Notes: generated by a model from the letters alone, not told the origin. A stretch of DNA of 64,000 nt from Acidimicrobiia bacterium (GCA_024281095.1 JAMXLJ010000082.1:31700-95699), one strand, 5' to 3'. Shown: positions 27,056 through 36,834, counted from the first letter of the stretch. Program-made: numbers and translations.

Positions 27056-28021
27056 CTAGCGAAGCAGCGAGCGCGGCCGCTCGCGCAGCACACTCTCGGC
27101 ATCGGACGCGAGCCGCCGCAGAACGGCGCCGGCAGGTTCCATCCGCGCCACGAAACGCGCAGATGGCCCTGCGTACAGGGCGGTCTGCTCTGCGTCCGCG
27201 GGCGAGCCGGTCATCGGATGCTCGCGGACGCTTCCGCGCAACTCGTCTTCGTGGCCGTGCCAACGGTCGGTGAAGCGGTTGCGGATCGCGCGGCCGGCCA
27301 CGCCGTCGGGCCACGGGATTCCCATCGCGATGTCGAACACACTCGTGAGGACGGTGTCGTGGATCCCGGCATGAACGACGCGGTCCTTGTAGGCATCGGG
27401 CACGCCGGCCTCGGGCGTGGCGAGGAACACCGTGCCCAACCACACGCCTTCGGCCCCGAGCAGGAACGCCGCGGCGATGCCGCGGCCGTCGCCGATGCCG
27501 CCTGCCGCGATCACGGGGATGGGCGCGACCTCGTCGACGACCGCGGGCACGAGGGGGAGTGTCGAGATCGTTCCGGTGTGACCGCCGGCCTCGGTGCCCT
27601 GCGCGGTGATCGCGTCGACCCCCGCATCAGCGGCGCGGCGGGCCTCGTCGAGCGTGCGCACCTGGCAGATCACCTTGGCGCCGGCGCGGTGCGCGGGCTC
27701 GACGTATGGCGACGGGTCGCCGAAGGAGTGCGCGATCACACCCACGCCCTCGTCCAGCGCGACCCGCGTCAACTCGTCCGCACCGGGCAGGTGGGTGATG
27801 AACCCGACGCCGAAGGGCCGCGCCGTCGACGCTCGCGCGTGCCGGATCTCGTCGCGCAGCCACGGCGCGCCGCCCATCGCCGTGCCGCCGATCATTCCGA
27901 GGCCCCCGGCTTCGGACACCGCGGCGGCGAGGCGGCCCGGCGCGTCGCCCCCGCCCATGGGGGCGTTGAGGATCGGATGCTCGACACCGAAGAGCTCGCA
28001 GATGCGACTGTGCAGCGCCAT
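27056..28021 (-). CDS. Nitronate monooxygenase (NMO / 2-nitropropane dioxygenase-like, FMN)
   Basis: The segments ELFGVEHPILNAPMGGG...AQGTEAGGH...VIAAGGIGDGRG are present. An RBS, GGAAGGAG, precedes ATG 28021. Confidence 0.85.
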   Translation of the reverse strand: MALHSRICELFGVEHPILNAPMGGGDAPGRLAAAVSEAGGLGMIGGTAMGGAPWLRDEIRHARASTARPFGVGFITHLPGADELTRVALDEGVGVIAHSFGDPSPYVEPAHRAGAKVICQVRTLDEARRAADAGVDAITAQGTEAGGHTGTISTLPLVPAVVDEVAPIPVIAAGGIGDGRGIAAAFLLGAEGVWLGTVFLATPEAGVPDAYKDRVVHAGIHDTVLTSVFDIAMGIPWPDGVAGRAIRNRFTDRWHGHEDELRGSVREHPMTGSPADAEQTALYAGPSARFVARMEPAGAVLRRLASDAESVLRERPRSLLR

Positions 28022-28163
28022 GACACTCCTTCCGGCTCGATCGATCGCCGAAGAGACGTCGCCTGACGCCGCGACGGCGTGCGCCCACACAGCTATGTCA
28101 ACGGCGAGGCTCGCGCAAACCCGCGTTCCGATGCCCTCCGGCTGGTGGTGAAGACTCTGTGCC

Positions 28164-29237
28164 GTGACCGCGAGCGTCGACCAGCAGGCCGTCGTCGGAG
28201 CACGGCTGGAGTCGCAACTCCTGGCGGGGCGCTCCGCCCGGTCCGCCGAAGAGGTGGTCGGCCGGCTGCTGGCGGTGCAGGCGCAGGACCCGCGCGGCTT
28301 CCGCCTGAGCGTCCGCAGTCGATCGACGGGCCTGGTCGTGTCCGATGTCGACGACGCGCTCGGCCGCGACCGCTCACTCGTCGTCACGTGGCTGAATCGC
28401 GGCACGCTGCACCTCGTGCGGGCGGGCGACTACTGGTGGCTTCACGACCTGACGGCACCAAAGACGCGGACCATGAATTCGCGCCGGCTCCGTCAAGAAG
28501 GTGTGAGCGAGGTGCAGACCCAACGGGCGGTCGACGTCATCGTGGCCGCGGTCACGACTGACGGACCACAGACGCGCGAGCAGCTTCGCCGCCGGCTGGA
28601 CGCGGCCGGCGTGCCGACGGCGGGGCAGGCACTCGTGCACGTCCTCCTCGCGGCCAGCCTGACAGGCGCGGTCGTGCGGGGTCCCGTGATCGGCAAGGAC
28701 CAGGCGTATGTGTCGACGGCCCAGTGGCTGGGTGCGGCGCCGGCCTCGCTCGAACGCTCGCAGGCGCTCGGTCTGGTCGCTCGTCGGTATTTGCAGGGGC
28801 ACAGCCCCGCAGCGACCCATGACCTCGCGAAGTGGGCCGGCATCCCGTTACGCGAGGCGCAGGCCGGTTTCGACGTGATCGCCCGGGAGCTTCGCGCGTT
28901 CGCCGGCGGACTGACGACGCTGCGCCGTTTCAGGCGTTCGCGCGTGCACGTGACTCGTCTGCTCGGGCCGTTCGATCCACTCCTGCACGGATGGGCATCA
29001 CGTGCGCCCTTCGTCGGGTCGCACGAAGGTGTCGTGACCACCAACGGCATCTTCCGACCGGTCGCGCTCGCGGGCGGCCGAGTCGTCGGGACGTGGTCGC
29101 TTGCCGGTGGTGTCGTGTCGATCACTGCGCTCGAGCCCATCGAGGCGGTCGTGCGCGACGCGCTCGTCGAGGACGCGAACAACGTGCGCCGCTTCCTCGG
29201 GCTGGCGGACGGGCCGACGGTCGTGAAGGAGTCGTGA
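28164..29237 (+). CDS. Winged-helix HTH_42 protein, AlkZ/YcaQ-family DNA glycosylase-like
   Basis: The N-terminal segment LLAVQAQDPRG...LVVTWLNRGTLHLV matches the family, and the product is 357 aa. The QxQ-type motif reads QAQ. Confidence 0.7.
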   Translation: MTASVDQQAVVGARLESQLLAGRSARSAEEVVGRLLAVQAQDPRGFRLSVRSRSTGLVVSDVDDALGRDRSLVVTWLNRGTLHLVRAGDYWWLHDLTAPKTRTMNSRRLRQEGVSEVQTQRAVDVIVAAVTTDGPQTREQLRRRLDAAGVPTAGQALVHVLLAASLTGAVVRGPVIGKDQAYVSTAQWLGAAPASLERSQALGLVARRYLQGHSPAATHDLAKWAGIPLREAQAGFDVIARELRAFAGGLTTLRRFRRSRVHVTRLLGPFDPLLHGWASRAPFVGSHEGVVTTNGIFRPVALAGGRVVGTWSLAGGVVSITALEPIEAVVRDALVEDANNVRRFLGLADGPTVVKES

Positions 29238-29280
29238 CCGGCGTGTCGATGTTCCGTCGCGGGCCCGGGAGATCTCGTCC

Positions 29281-30306
29281 ATGAAGGTGTACGCAGGGAT
29301 GAATCCTCGGCTTCCGTTGGGCGACGTCGGCGCGTACGCGCGGCGGATCGAGACGCTCGGCTACGACGGCATCCACGTGGCCGAGACCGTGCACGACGCC
29401 TTCTCCGTCGCGCTGCTCGCGGCCGAGCACACACAGCGGATGATCGTCCGGACCAGCGTGGCGCTCGCCTTCGTGCGGAGCCCCACGCTCACGGCGTACG
29501 CGGCGTGGGATCTCGGCCGCTTCTCGGGCGGACGATTCCAGCTCGGCCTCGGGACGCAGATTCGCCAGAACATCGAGGACCGCTTCGGTATGCCGTGGGG
29601 CGAGCCCGTGGAGCGGATGCGCGACTATGTCGCCGCGCTCGACGCGCTCTACCGGTCCTTTCGCACCGGCGAGCCGTTGCGGCATGCGGGCCGCTACTAC
29701 CGGCTGAATCGCCTGCAGCCGTACTTCAACCCGGGGCCCGACGAGATGCTCGAGGCACCTCCGACCTACCTCGGCGGTGTCAACCGCAGGATTTGCGCGC
29801 TCGCCGGCGAGATCGCCGCGGGGTTCGTCACCCACCCCACGAACTCGAGCCGTCGTTATCTCGAGACGATCTGCCTTCCCGCGCTGCGTGACGGCGCTCG
29901 GCGTGCCGGCCGCGCGCTCGACGAGTTCGAGCTCGTCAACGGCGCGCCGGTGATCACGGCAGCCAGCGACCGCGATCTCGACGTCGAGCGCGAACGCCAG
30001 CGCGGCGTGCTCGCGTTCCTGTATTCCACGCCCGAATACCGCCGCACGCTCGAGCTCTACGGTTGGACGGAGCTGGGCGAGCGGCTCCAGGCCTTGACGC
30101 GGGAAGGCCGCTGGGACGCGCTCGCCGCGCTCGTCGACGACGAGGTCTTGGAGACGCTCACCACCGTCGCGCGTTTCGACCAGCTGGCCGACGCGCTCGC
30201 TCGTCGTTTCGGCGGGCTCGTGCACGGTGTCGTGCTGTCGCCGCCCGCCGACCCTGCCCACGACGCCGCGTTCGCCCCCGTTCTCCACGCGCTCCGCGGG
30301 GTCTGA
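29281..30306 (+). CDS. LLM-class oxidoreductase, probably F420-dependent
   Basis: The N-terminus YARRIETLGYDGIHVAETVHDAF...LGLGTQIRQNIEDRFGMPW is the LLM pattern I associate with an F420 subgroup. The product is 341 aa. Confidence 0.75.
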   Translation: MKVYAGMNPRLPLGDVGAYARRIETLGYDGIHVAETVHDAFSVALLAAEHTQRMIVRTSVALAFVRSPTLTAYAAWDLGRFSGGRFQLGLGTQIRQNIEDRFGMPWGEPVERMRDYVAALDALYRSFRTGEPLRHAGRYYRLNRLQPYFNPGPDEMLEAPPTYLGGVNRRICALAGEIAAGFVTHPTNSSRRYLETICLPALRDGARRAGRALDEFELVNGAPVITAASDRDLDVERERQRGVLAFLYSTPEYRRTLELYGWTELGERLQALTREGRWDALAALVDDEVLETLTTVARFDQLADALARRFGGLVHGVVLSPPADPAHDAAFAPVLHALRGV

Positions 30307-30417
30307 GCCGAGCGACCGAGACGCGGGTCACGTCCGTGTTGGGTACGGGGACCCAGACGCCTGTTTGGCTTCATGGTCAAGTGCGAGCCACGGGGAGTTC
30401 TCTTGGGGGAGGCACAC

Positions 30418-30636
30418 GTGACGACGATCTCGGCTCCGCACTCGACCGCGCACTTCTATCGATGGGTGATCACGCTCATGACGCTCGCAGTTGCACTGAC
30501 GCTCGCGATCGTGCTGACGGCGTCGGCGTTGACCGACTCCGGCGGCGCCTCGCGAACCGGTGTCCCGACGGGCGTCCGGCCCGGGGGCGGCGCGCACACG
30601 CTCTGCGTGCCGCACGGCGCGGCCAAGCTCTGCTGA
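30418..30636 (+). CDS. Hypothetical small membrane protein (72 aa) with C-terminal Cys pair
   Basis: The GTG start follows an RBS, GGGGGAGG. The product has one transmembrane helix (WVITLMTLAVALTLAIVLTA) and the C-terminus LCVPHGAAKLC. GC3 is high. Confidence 0.5.
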   Translation: MTTISAPHSTAHFYRWVITLMTLAVALTLAIVLTASALTDSGGASRTGVPTGVRPGGGAHTLCVPHGAAKLC

Positions 30637-30662
30637 AGCGAAGCGGATCCGGGCGAGGAGCT

Positions 30663-30695
30663 GGGTCGATCTCCCGCAATGCGGGCGATCGACCC
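30663..30695. terminator. Near-perfect 33-nt palindrome between convergent genes (likely bidirectional terminator hairpin)
   Basis: The sequence is GGGTCGATC-T-CCCGCA-A-TGCGGG-C-GATCGACCC. The 9-bp outer arms and 6-bp inner arms are complementary. There is no U-tract. Confidence 0.5.
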
Positions 30696-30729
30696 AACCT
30701 CGCATCTTGCGCCGGCAACGCTGTGTCCT

Positions 30730-31668
30730 CTACCTCCGTGGTACCAGCGAGTTCAACAGCCATGATCCGCTCTCGGTGTAGCCGATCGTGCCGATCGGCG
30801 AGGCGCTTCGCAGGCTGTAGGTGCGCTGCACCCGCAACGGCATTCCCGTGTCTGCCGCGAACCACCATTCCTCGTCGAGCGTGCCCTGCTGGCCGCCGGA
30901 CATCGTCTGGTGTCGCCGTTCATGGATGGCCGGAACCGAAGTGCCGCCGATCGTCAACTGCTCCGAGCCGACGATCTCCGCCGGGCCCGTGACCGTCGTC
31001 TTCCCGCTCACCGCAGTGTTCTGACCAGTGCAGGTGTTCGGGTACGAGCTCCCCGGTCGGGGGTCGTCGACCACAATCGGCGCCGGCGGGTCGCAGGTGA
31101 ATTCGGCCCGGTTCGCGATGTGCATCGTGCCGAAGTCCCAGGACTGAGCATTGCGGTCGCCCACGAGGATCAGCTGGCTTCCACGGGGGCAGAAGTCGTA
31201 CTCCTGCCAGTGCGCGGTGTTGTAGTCGATGTGCCACCGCCAGCATCCGGCGTCGAGTGGCTGCACCGTGACGGGCATGATCGGCCCGTCGGTCTGCGAG
31301 TTGGGCGGAAAGGAGATGTGCTCCCTGCCCTGGCCCGTGACGACGTAGACCCCGGGCACGGGCTGCCGGAAGTTGCGCGGAAACGTCGAGGTCGACGTCG
31401 TCGACCGGAACTGGTTGAGCGCGGACTCGACGGACTTGGGCTTCGGGTGCGACCGGAAGGCATAGCGGAGCGCACCGGAGAAGAGGAACAGCACGCCTCC
31501 GAACGCCGCACAGAGCATGACCACACGCCAAGGATGACCGCGCAATGCACGGCGCTTCGGAGGCGAAAACGGTGCCGGGGAGTCGACGGCGACCGTCGCG
31601 TTCTCCGGTGCGCCGAGGGTCGATGTCCGGCGCGACGTGAAGGTGCGCACGTACGAACCGTGCGACAC
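30730..31668 (-). CDS. Hypothetical membrane-anchored extracytoplasmic protein
   Basis: An N-terminal transmembrane helix (VVMLCAAFGGVLFLFSGAL) is followed by a ~230-aa domain with four spaced cysteines. I recognise no family. GTG 31668 is my inferred start. Confidence 0.55.
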   Translation of the reverse strand: MSHGSYVRTFTSRRTSTLGAPENATVAVDSPAPFSPPKRRALRGHPWRVVMLCAAFGGVLFLFSGALRYAFRSHPKPKSVESALNQFRSTTSTSTFPRNFRQPVPGVYVVTGQGREHISFPPNSQTDGPIMPVTVQPLDAGCWRWHIDYNTAHWQEYDFCPRGSQLILVGDRNAQSWDFGTMHIANRAEFTCDPPAPIVVDDPRPGSSYPNTCTGQNTAVSGKTTVTGPAEIVGSEQLTIGGTSVPAIHERRHQTMSGGQQGTLDEEWWFAADTGMPLRVQRTYSLRSASPIGTIGYTESGSWLLNSLVPRR

Positions 31669-31749
31669 GCGCGACCGCCGATCCAGGGCCGGAAGGCCTG
31701 ATTCGGCGTGCTGTTCGCGGCGGCCAGGGGGCGTCGATAGGCTCGCCCC

Positions 31750-32571
31750 GTGGCCGAGCTGCGCACGGCGCTCACGACCGGGGCCAACTCGGGCATCGGC
31801 CTCGCGACGGTGCTCGAGCTCGCCCGCCGGGGCTTTCGGTCGGTGGGAACGGTACGCACGGACGCGAAGGCGGAGATCGTGGCCGCGGCCGCAGCCGAGC
31901 TCGGGGTGACCGTCGAGACGAGCCTGCTCGACGTCACCGACGCCGCCCGCTGTGCCGAGGTGATCGACGAGTACCGGCCGGACGTGCTGATCAACAACGC
32001 CGGCTACTCCGTGACCGGTTCCATCGAGGACGTCGCCGATGAAGAGGCGGCGGCCGCGCTCCAGACGATGGTGCTCGCTCCGATGCGCCTCGCCCGGCTG
32101 GCGCTGCCGTACATGCGCGCCGCGCATTACGGACGGATCGTCAACGTGTCGTCGATCTACGGTCGGACCACGACGCCGCTCACCGGCTGGTATCAGGGAG
32201 CCAAGCACGCGCTCGAAGCGCTCACGGACGCGTTGCGCATGGAGGTCGCACGCGACGGGGTTCGGGTGGTCCTGGTCGAGCCGGGCGGGTTCCGGACCGG
32301 CATCTGGGAGGAGACGGAGCGCGAGATCGCGAAGCGTTCCGGGTCACGATACGACGGCGCGTACCGTCGCACGCTCACCGCGACACGCGTGTTCCAGCCG
32401 TTGATGGGCGATCCGGCGCGCTGCGCAAAGGTCATCGCCGGCGCAGTGACCACGCGGTGGTCGCGCTCGCGCTATCTCGTCGGCTACGACGCGCAGGCGG
32501 TCGCGGTGTGGTCGTCGCTGACGCCCACCGAGGTCAAGGACCGCGTCGTCCGCCTCTTCATGAGCCTCTGA
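31750..32571 (+). CDS. SDR-family oxidoreductase
   Basis: The motifs TGANSGIG and YQGAKHAL (YxxxK) are present. The product is 273 aa. Confidence 0.9.
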   Translation: MAELRTALTTGANSGIGLATVLELARRGFRSVGTVRTDAKAEIVAAAAAELGVTVETSLLDVTDAARCAEVIDEYRPDVLINNAGYSVTGSIEDVADEEAAAALQTMVLAPMRLARLALPYMRAAHYGRIVNVSSIYGRTTTPLTGWYQGAKHALEALTDALRMEVARDGVRVVLVEPGGFRTGIWEETEREIAKRSGSRYDGAYRRTLTATRVFQPLMGDPARCAKVIAGAVTTRWSRSRYLVGYDAQAVAVWSSLTPTEVKDRVVRLFMSL

Positions 32572-32592
32572 GTCGTTGCTCGATCACGTTCT

Positions 32593-32631
32593 GGCGTCAC
32601 TTCACGCGGATGACGCGCGTCAAGTGACGCC
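32593..32631. terminator. Hairpin between convergent SDR genes
   Basis: GGCGTCACTT and AAGTGACGCC form perfect 10-bp arms around a 19-nt loop that itself contains the palindrome GACGCGCGTC. Confidence 0.45.
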
Positions 32632-32639
32632 GGAAGCGT

Positions 32640-33440
32640 TCAGCCGACCAACTCCTGGCCCCCCGCGGCGGTGACGCCGCCGTCGACGACGATCGCGGCT
32701 CCGTTCACGTACGCGGCTTCATCCGACAGCAGGAATCGAACGACCCGCCCGATGTCCTCCGGCTGCGCGAGGCGGCCGAGCGGGACCTTCGCCTCGTATC
32801 GGGCGCGCGCCTCGGGCCGGGCCTCGATCGCGGGAAGGAACATCGGCGTCTCCACGAAGCCGGGGCACACCGCATTGAACCGGATGCCGTCGGGGCCGAG
32901 GCGGTGCGCGAGCGAGCGCGTCAGCCCGATGAGGCCGTGCTTCGACGCGGTGTAGGACGGGATCCCACCGTGACCGATCAGCCCCTCGATCGACGAGATG
33001 CCCACGACGGCCGCACCGGGCCCGGCCGCCCGCAGCGCGGGGAGCAGTGCGACGACGATGTCGGCCTCGGCCCGCAGGTTGATCGCGAGCACGTCGTCCC
33101 ACGTGTCGGTGTCGACGACGTCGGTCAGCGCGGGTCGAACGATGCCGGCGGCGTGGACGAGCCCGCCGATCGACCCGAGGGCGCCGAGCGTCTCGGCCGC
33201 CGCGGCCTGGATGGCGTCGCGGTCGCGCACGTCGAGGGCGGTCGCGTGCGTGGCAACCCCGGCTTCGGCACATTGCTTCGCGGATGCGGCCGCAGCGTCG
33301 CCGGCGACATCCCAGATCGCGACTGGCCTTCCCACGGCCGCGAGCGCACGCGCGCACGCGCGCCCGATTCCGGACGCGCCCCCCGTCACCACCACGCCCG
33401 TGGCCGGTGAGCCGAGATTCCCGATCATGTCCGCGACCAT
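32640..33440 (-). CDS. SDR-family oxidoreductase (FabG-like)
   Basis: The motifs TGGASGIG and YTASKHGL are present. The product is 266 aa. The start lies 22 nt after the P450 stop. Confidence 0.9.
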   Translation of the reverse strand: MVADMIGNLGSPATGVVVTGGASGIGRACARALAAVGRPVAIWDVAGDAAAASAKQCAEAGVATHATALDVRDRDAIQAAAAETLGALGSIGGLVHAAGIVRPALTDVVDTDTWDDVLAINLRAEADIVVALLPALRAAGPGAAVVGISSIEGLIGHGGIPSYTASKHGLIGLTRSLAHRLGPDGIRFNAVCPGFVETPMFLPAIEARPEARARYEAKVPLGRLAQPEDIGRVVRFLLSDEAAYVNGAAIVVDGGVTAAGGQELVG

Positions 33441-33462
33441 GTCGTCCCTTTCGTGCTTCGTG

Positions 33463-34692
33463 TCATGCGCTCGTGCCCGCATCGCCGCGGACGAAACGGA
33501 TCGGCACCGACTCCATGGCATAGATACCCGTCGGCGGGCCGAACACCGGCGGCGCGGCGAACTCGAGGTCGACCATCCGCGGCGCGAGAAACGCGAATGT
33601 TTCGGCGATCTCCGCCCGGGCGAGGTTCGCACCGAGGCAATAGTGCGGCCCGTACCCGAACGTCAGGATCGGCGCGTTGGGCCGATCGACGGTGATGTCG
33701 AAGCGCTCGGGTGTGTCGAACGCGCCCGGATCGCGGTTCGCGGTCGCGGTGCAGACGAACACGACCGTGTCGCGCGGAAACGTGACGTCGCGATACTGCA
33801 TCTCCTCGACGACGAGCCGCGCGGTGAACGGCGTGATGGGCTCGTACCTGAGGATCTCGTTCGCGGCCCGGGGCGCGGTTGAAGGATCGGCCCGGAGATG
33901 CTTCCACTGATCCGGATGCTCCGCGAACAAGCGCATGCCGTGCGCGAGTTGGGCCTGGGTCGTATCGGTGCCTCCCGCGATCACTGACGTGATCAGCGAG
34001 ACGCATTCGTCGTCGGTGAGCCGGTCGCCCTCCTCGCTGATGCGGGCGAGGGTCGACACGAGATCGTCCGTCGGTCGGGCGCGGCGCTCCGCCACGAGCT
34101 CCTCGATGTACGAGTACACGTCGAGGTACGCGGCCTCGATCTCGGCGCGCTGCTGCGCGGCGGTGAGCTTGAACACGCCCTGCAAGGCATCCGACCAGTC
34201 CGCGAGGCGTTCGGCCTGGCCGGGAAGTCCGAGCAGCTCGGCGATGACCATCGACGGCAGCCGGCGCGCGAAGTCGTCGACGAACTCGGTCTCGCCGCGC
34301 TCCGCGACGCGAGACCACAGCTGCTCCAACATCTCTCGGATGCGTGGCCGGAGCCGGTCGGTCGCCTTCGGTGTGAACGCCGGTGTGACGAGCCGGCGCA
34401 CGCGCGCATGCTCGGCGCCCGTCTTGGCCATCAGCCCGTCGCGGGTGCGTTCGTACACGGGGCCGTCGTGCACGCCCTGTAGCTCGAGAATCTGCACCGA
34501 CGGGAACGCGAGCCGGCGATCGCCGAGAAACGTCATTCCGGCCTCGCGGTCGAGGATCACGTAGCCGAGGTCGGTTCGCGCCAGCCATCCGCGCGCCGCG
34601 AGATCTGCGAGCACCTCGTGGAACCGCTCACCGCGCAGGGTGGGATCGGTGGGGTCGAGCACGGGGAGGTCGAGCACGCCGACATCGGGCAC
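33463..34692 (-). CDS. Cytochrome P450
   Basis: The heme-thiolate loop FGYGPHYCLGANLA, the I-helix AGGTDTT and the ExxR motif EILRYE are present. The product is 409 aa. Confidence 0.95.
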   Translation of the reverse strand: MPDVGVLDLPVLDPTDPTLRGERFHEVLADLAARGWLARTDLGYVILDREAGMTFLGDRRLAFPSVQILELQGVHDGPVYERTRDGLMAKTGAEHARVRRLVTPAFTPKATDRLRPRIREMLEQLWSRVAERGETEFVDDFARRLPSMVIAELLGLPGQAERLADWSDALQGVFKLTAAQQRAEIEAAYLDVYSYIEELVAERRARPTDDLVSTLARISEEGDRLTDDECVSLITSVIAGGTDTTQAQLAHGMRLFAEHPDQWKHLRADPSTAPRAANEILRYEPITPFTARLVVEEMQYRDVTFPRDTVVFVCTATANRDPGAFDTPERFDITVDRPNAPILTFGYGPHYCLGANLARAEIAETFAFLAPRMVDLEFAAPPVFGPPTGIYAMESVPIRFVRGDAGTSA

Positions 34693-34813
34693 GGTTTGAC
34701 GCTACCGCCCGCGGCGCGATGCGGCGCCTGCATCGGCCCGGTGGCCCGCATCGACCGGGTAGCGCGACCAGGTGGCGCGAGCCGCGACCTTCACGTGATC
34801 AGTTGGGACGAGT

Positions 34814-36085
34814 TCACCCCTCGTGCGCTTGAAAATCGTCCCAACTGATGGAGGGGGGTGGTGCGTGATGCAAGGTGGCGGCGATCTGCTCGATCGCCCA
34901 GTCGAGCTCGCGTTCGGTGACGACGAGCGGTGGCGCGAGCCGGATGGTGCTGCCGTGAGCTTCCTTCGCGAGCACGCCCCGATGGAGCAGGGCTTCGCAC
35001 ACCGCGCGCCCGTCGCCGACCGACGCTTCGACGTCGACGCCCATCCAGAGGCCGCGGCCGCGCACCTCGCGCAACCCATGACCCACGAGCGCGTCGAGAC
35101 CCCGCCGGAGCCGGACACCGAGCTCGGTGGCGCGCGCCTGGTATTCGCCGGTGGTCGTCATGGCCACGACTTCACGGCCGATCGCACACGCGAACGGGTT
35201 GCCACCGAACGTGCTGCCGTGTGATCCGGGGCCCAGCACCTCGAGCGCGTCGTGGTCGCCGACGACCGCGGACAGCGGCACGAGACCGCCGCCGAGCGCC
35301 TTGCCGAGCACGTACAGGTCGGGGACGACGGCCTCGTGATCGCACGCGAACGTGCGCCCCGTGCGTCCGAATCCCGATTGGATCTCGTCGGCGATCAGGA
35401 GGGCTCGCCGGGCCGTACACAGATCGCGCAGTCCGGACAGGAACCCGGTGGGAGGGACGACCACACCGGCCTCGCCCTGAATCGGTTCGACCAGCACGGC
35501 GACCGTGGTCTCGTCGAACGCGGCCGCGGTCGCGTCGAGGTCGCCGAACGGCACGACGCGAAAGCCGGGGGTGAACGGCCCGAAGCCGTCGCGCGAATCC
35601 TCGTCGGTGGAGAACCCCACGATCGTCGTCGTGCGGCCGTGGAAGTTGCCCGAGAACACGATGATCGTCGCGTGCCCGGCGGGTACGCCCTTCACCCGAT
35701 AACCCCAACGGCGCGCCGCCTTGATCGCAGTCTCGACCGCTTCGGCACCGGTGTTCATCGGCAGCACGAGATCCTTGCCGCACAGTGTCGCGAGCTCCTC
35801 GCAGAACGGACCGAGTTGGTCGTTGCCGAACGCGCGGCTCGTGAGCGTGAGTCGCTCGAGCTGGTTCCGCGCGGCTCGCAACAGCCGCGGGTGACGGTGG
35901 CCGAAGTTCAATGCGGAGTAGCCGGCCAGGAGATCGAGGTACCACCGGCCGTCGACGTCTTCGACCCACGCGCCATCGCCGCGCGTGAGCGTGACGGGCA
36001 GAGGCGCGTAGTTGTGCGCGACGTGGTCGTCACCGGCATGCGTGCGCTCGTCGGCGCCTAAGGATGCAGCTCCAAGACGCAACAT
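34814..36085 (-). CDS. rocD: Ornithine--oxo-acid aminotransferase (class III PLP aminotransferase)
   Basis: The N-terminal HNYAPLPV, the segment DEIQSGFGRTGRTFA and the PLP lysine in VLGKALGGG are present. The product is 423 aa. The start overlaps the upstream gene end by 28 nt. Confidence 0.85.
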   Translation of the reverse strand: MLRLGAASLGADERTHAGDDHVAHNYAPLPVTLTRGDGAWVEDVDGRWYLDLLAGYSALNFGHRHPRLLRAARNQLERLTLTSRAFGNDQLGPFCEELATLCGKDLVLPMNTGAEAVETAIKAARRWGYRVKGVPAGHATIIVFSGNFHGRTTTIVGFSTDEDSRDGFGPFTPGFRVVPFGDLDATAAAFDETTVAVLVEPIQGEAGVVVPPTGFLSGLRDLCTARRALLIADEIQSGFGRTGRTFACDHEAVVPDLYVLGKALGGGLVPLSAVVGDHDALEVLGPGSHGSTFGGNPFACAIGREVVAMTTTGEYQARATELGVRLRRGLDALVGHGLREVRGRGLWMGVDVEASVGDGRAVCEALLHRGVLAKEAHGSTIRLAPPLVVTERELDWAIEQIAATLHHAPPPSISWDDFQAHEG

Positions 36086-36834
36086 TTCACGCTCCCTCCC
36101 GCCTTCTCGATCTCGGAGAGGTCGACGGGCACCGGTATGTAGCCGCGTTGGCTCAGTTCACTCGCGAGCCCGGGCGCCGAGGCCGGCAGAACCACGTGCA
36201 CGCCGTCCGACAACAGGTTGAGACCGAGGCCCTCCGCATCGAGATGGCACGCGAGCAGCGCGTCCGGGAAGAGCTTCGCGAGCGCGCGCCGGCTCGGTTC
36301 GTCGAAGGCAGTCGGGCTGTAGACGATGCTGTGGTCGTCGAGCGCGGCGAGAGCGAGATCGAGGTGGTAGCGGCGCGGATCGACCAGGCGCAGTGAGGTG
36401 ACCGGTCGTTCGAACCACTCGGCTGCTTCGTCATGCGAGCGACGATCGGTGCGGAAGCCGAAGCCCGCGAGCAGGCGACCGCCGACGAGGACGAAGTCGC
36501 CTTCACCCTCGTTGACGAACTCGGGCACCAGCACCCGCTCGAACCCGCGTGACGCGAACCAGGTGCGGTACCGCGCTTCCTCGCCTCGTCGCTCGGGGGT
36601 CGCCATGCGGGCCGCGAGCACCCGATCCCCGATGACCAGTGCGCTGTTGGCCGCGAACACCATGTCGGGAAGTCCGGCACCCGGCTCGGCGATCTCGACT
36701 TCGTGGCCCAGGTCCTCGAGGGTCCGGCGCAGGCCCGACCACTGGCGCCGGGCCCGCTCCCGATCGACCGGCCGCCCCGGGTCCATCCACGGGTTGATGC
36801 GGTAGGCCACGTCGAAGAACCGGGGCGGGCACAT
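36058..36834 (-). CDS. Amidinotransferase / dimethylarginine dimethylaminohydrolase (DDAH)-family protein
   Basis: The N-terminus MCPPRFFDVAYRINPWM and the C-terminal catalytic Cys region EKAGGSVKCCVLEL are present. The product is 258 aa. Confidence 0.8.
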   Translation of the reverse strand: MCPPRFFDVAYRINPWMDPGRPVDRERARRQWSGLRRTLEDLGHEVEIAEPGAGLPDMVFAANSALVIGDRVLAARMATPERRGEEARYRTWFASRGFERVLVPEFVNEGEGDFVLVGGRLLAGFGFRTDRRSHDEAAEWFERPVTSLRLVDPRRYHLDLALAALDDHSIVYSPTAFDEPSRRALAKLFPDALLACHLDAEGLGLNLLSDGVHVVLPASAPGLASELSQRGYIPVPVDLSEIEKAGGSVKCCVLELHP

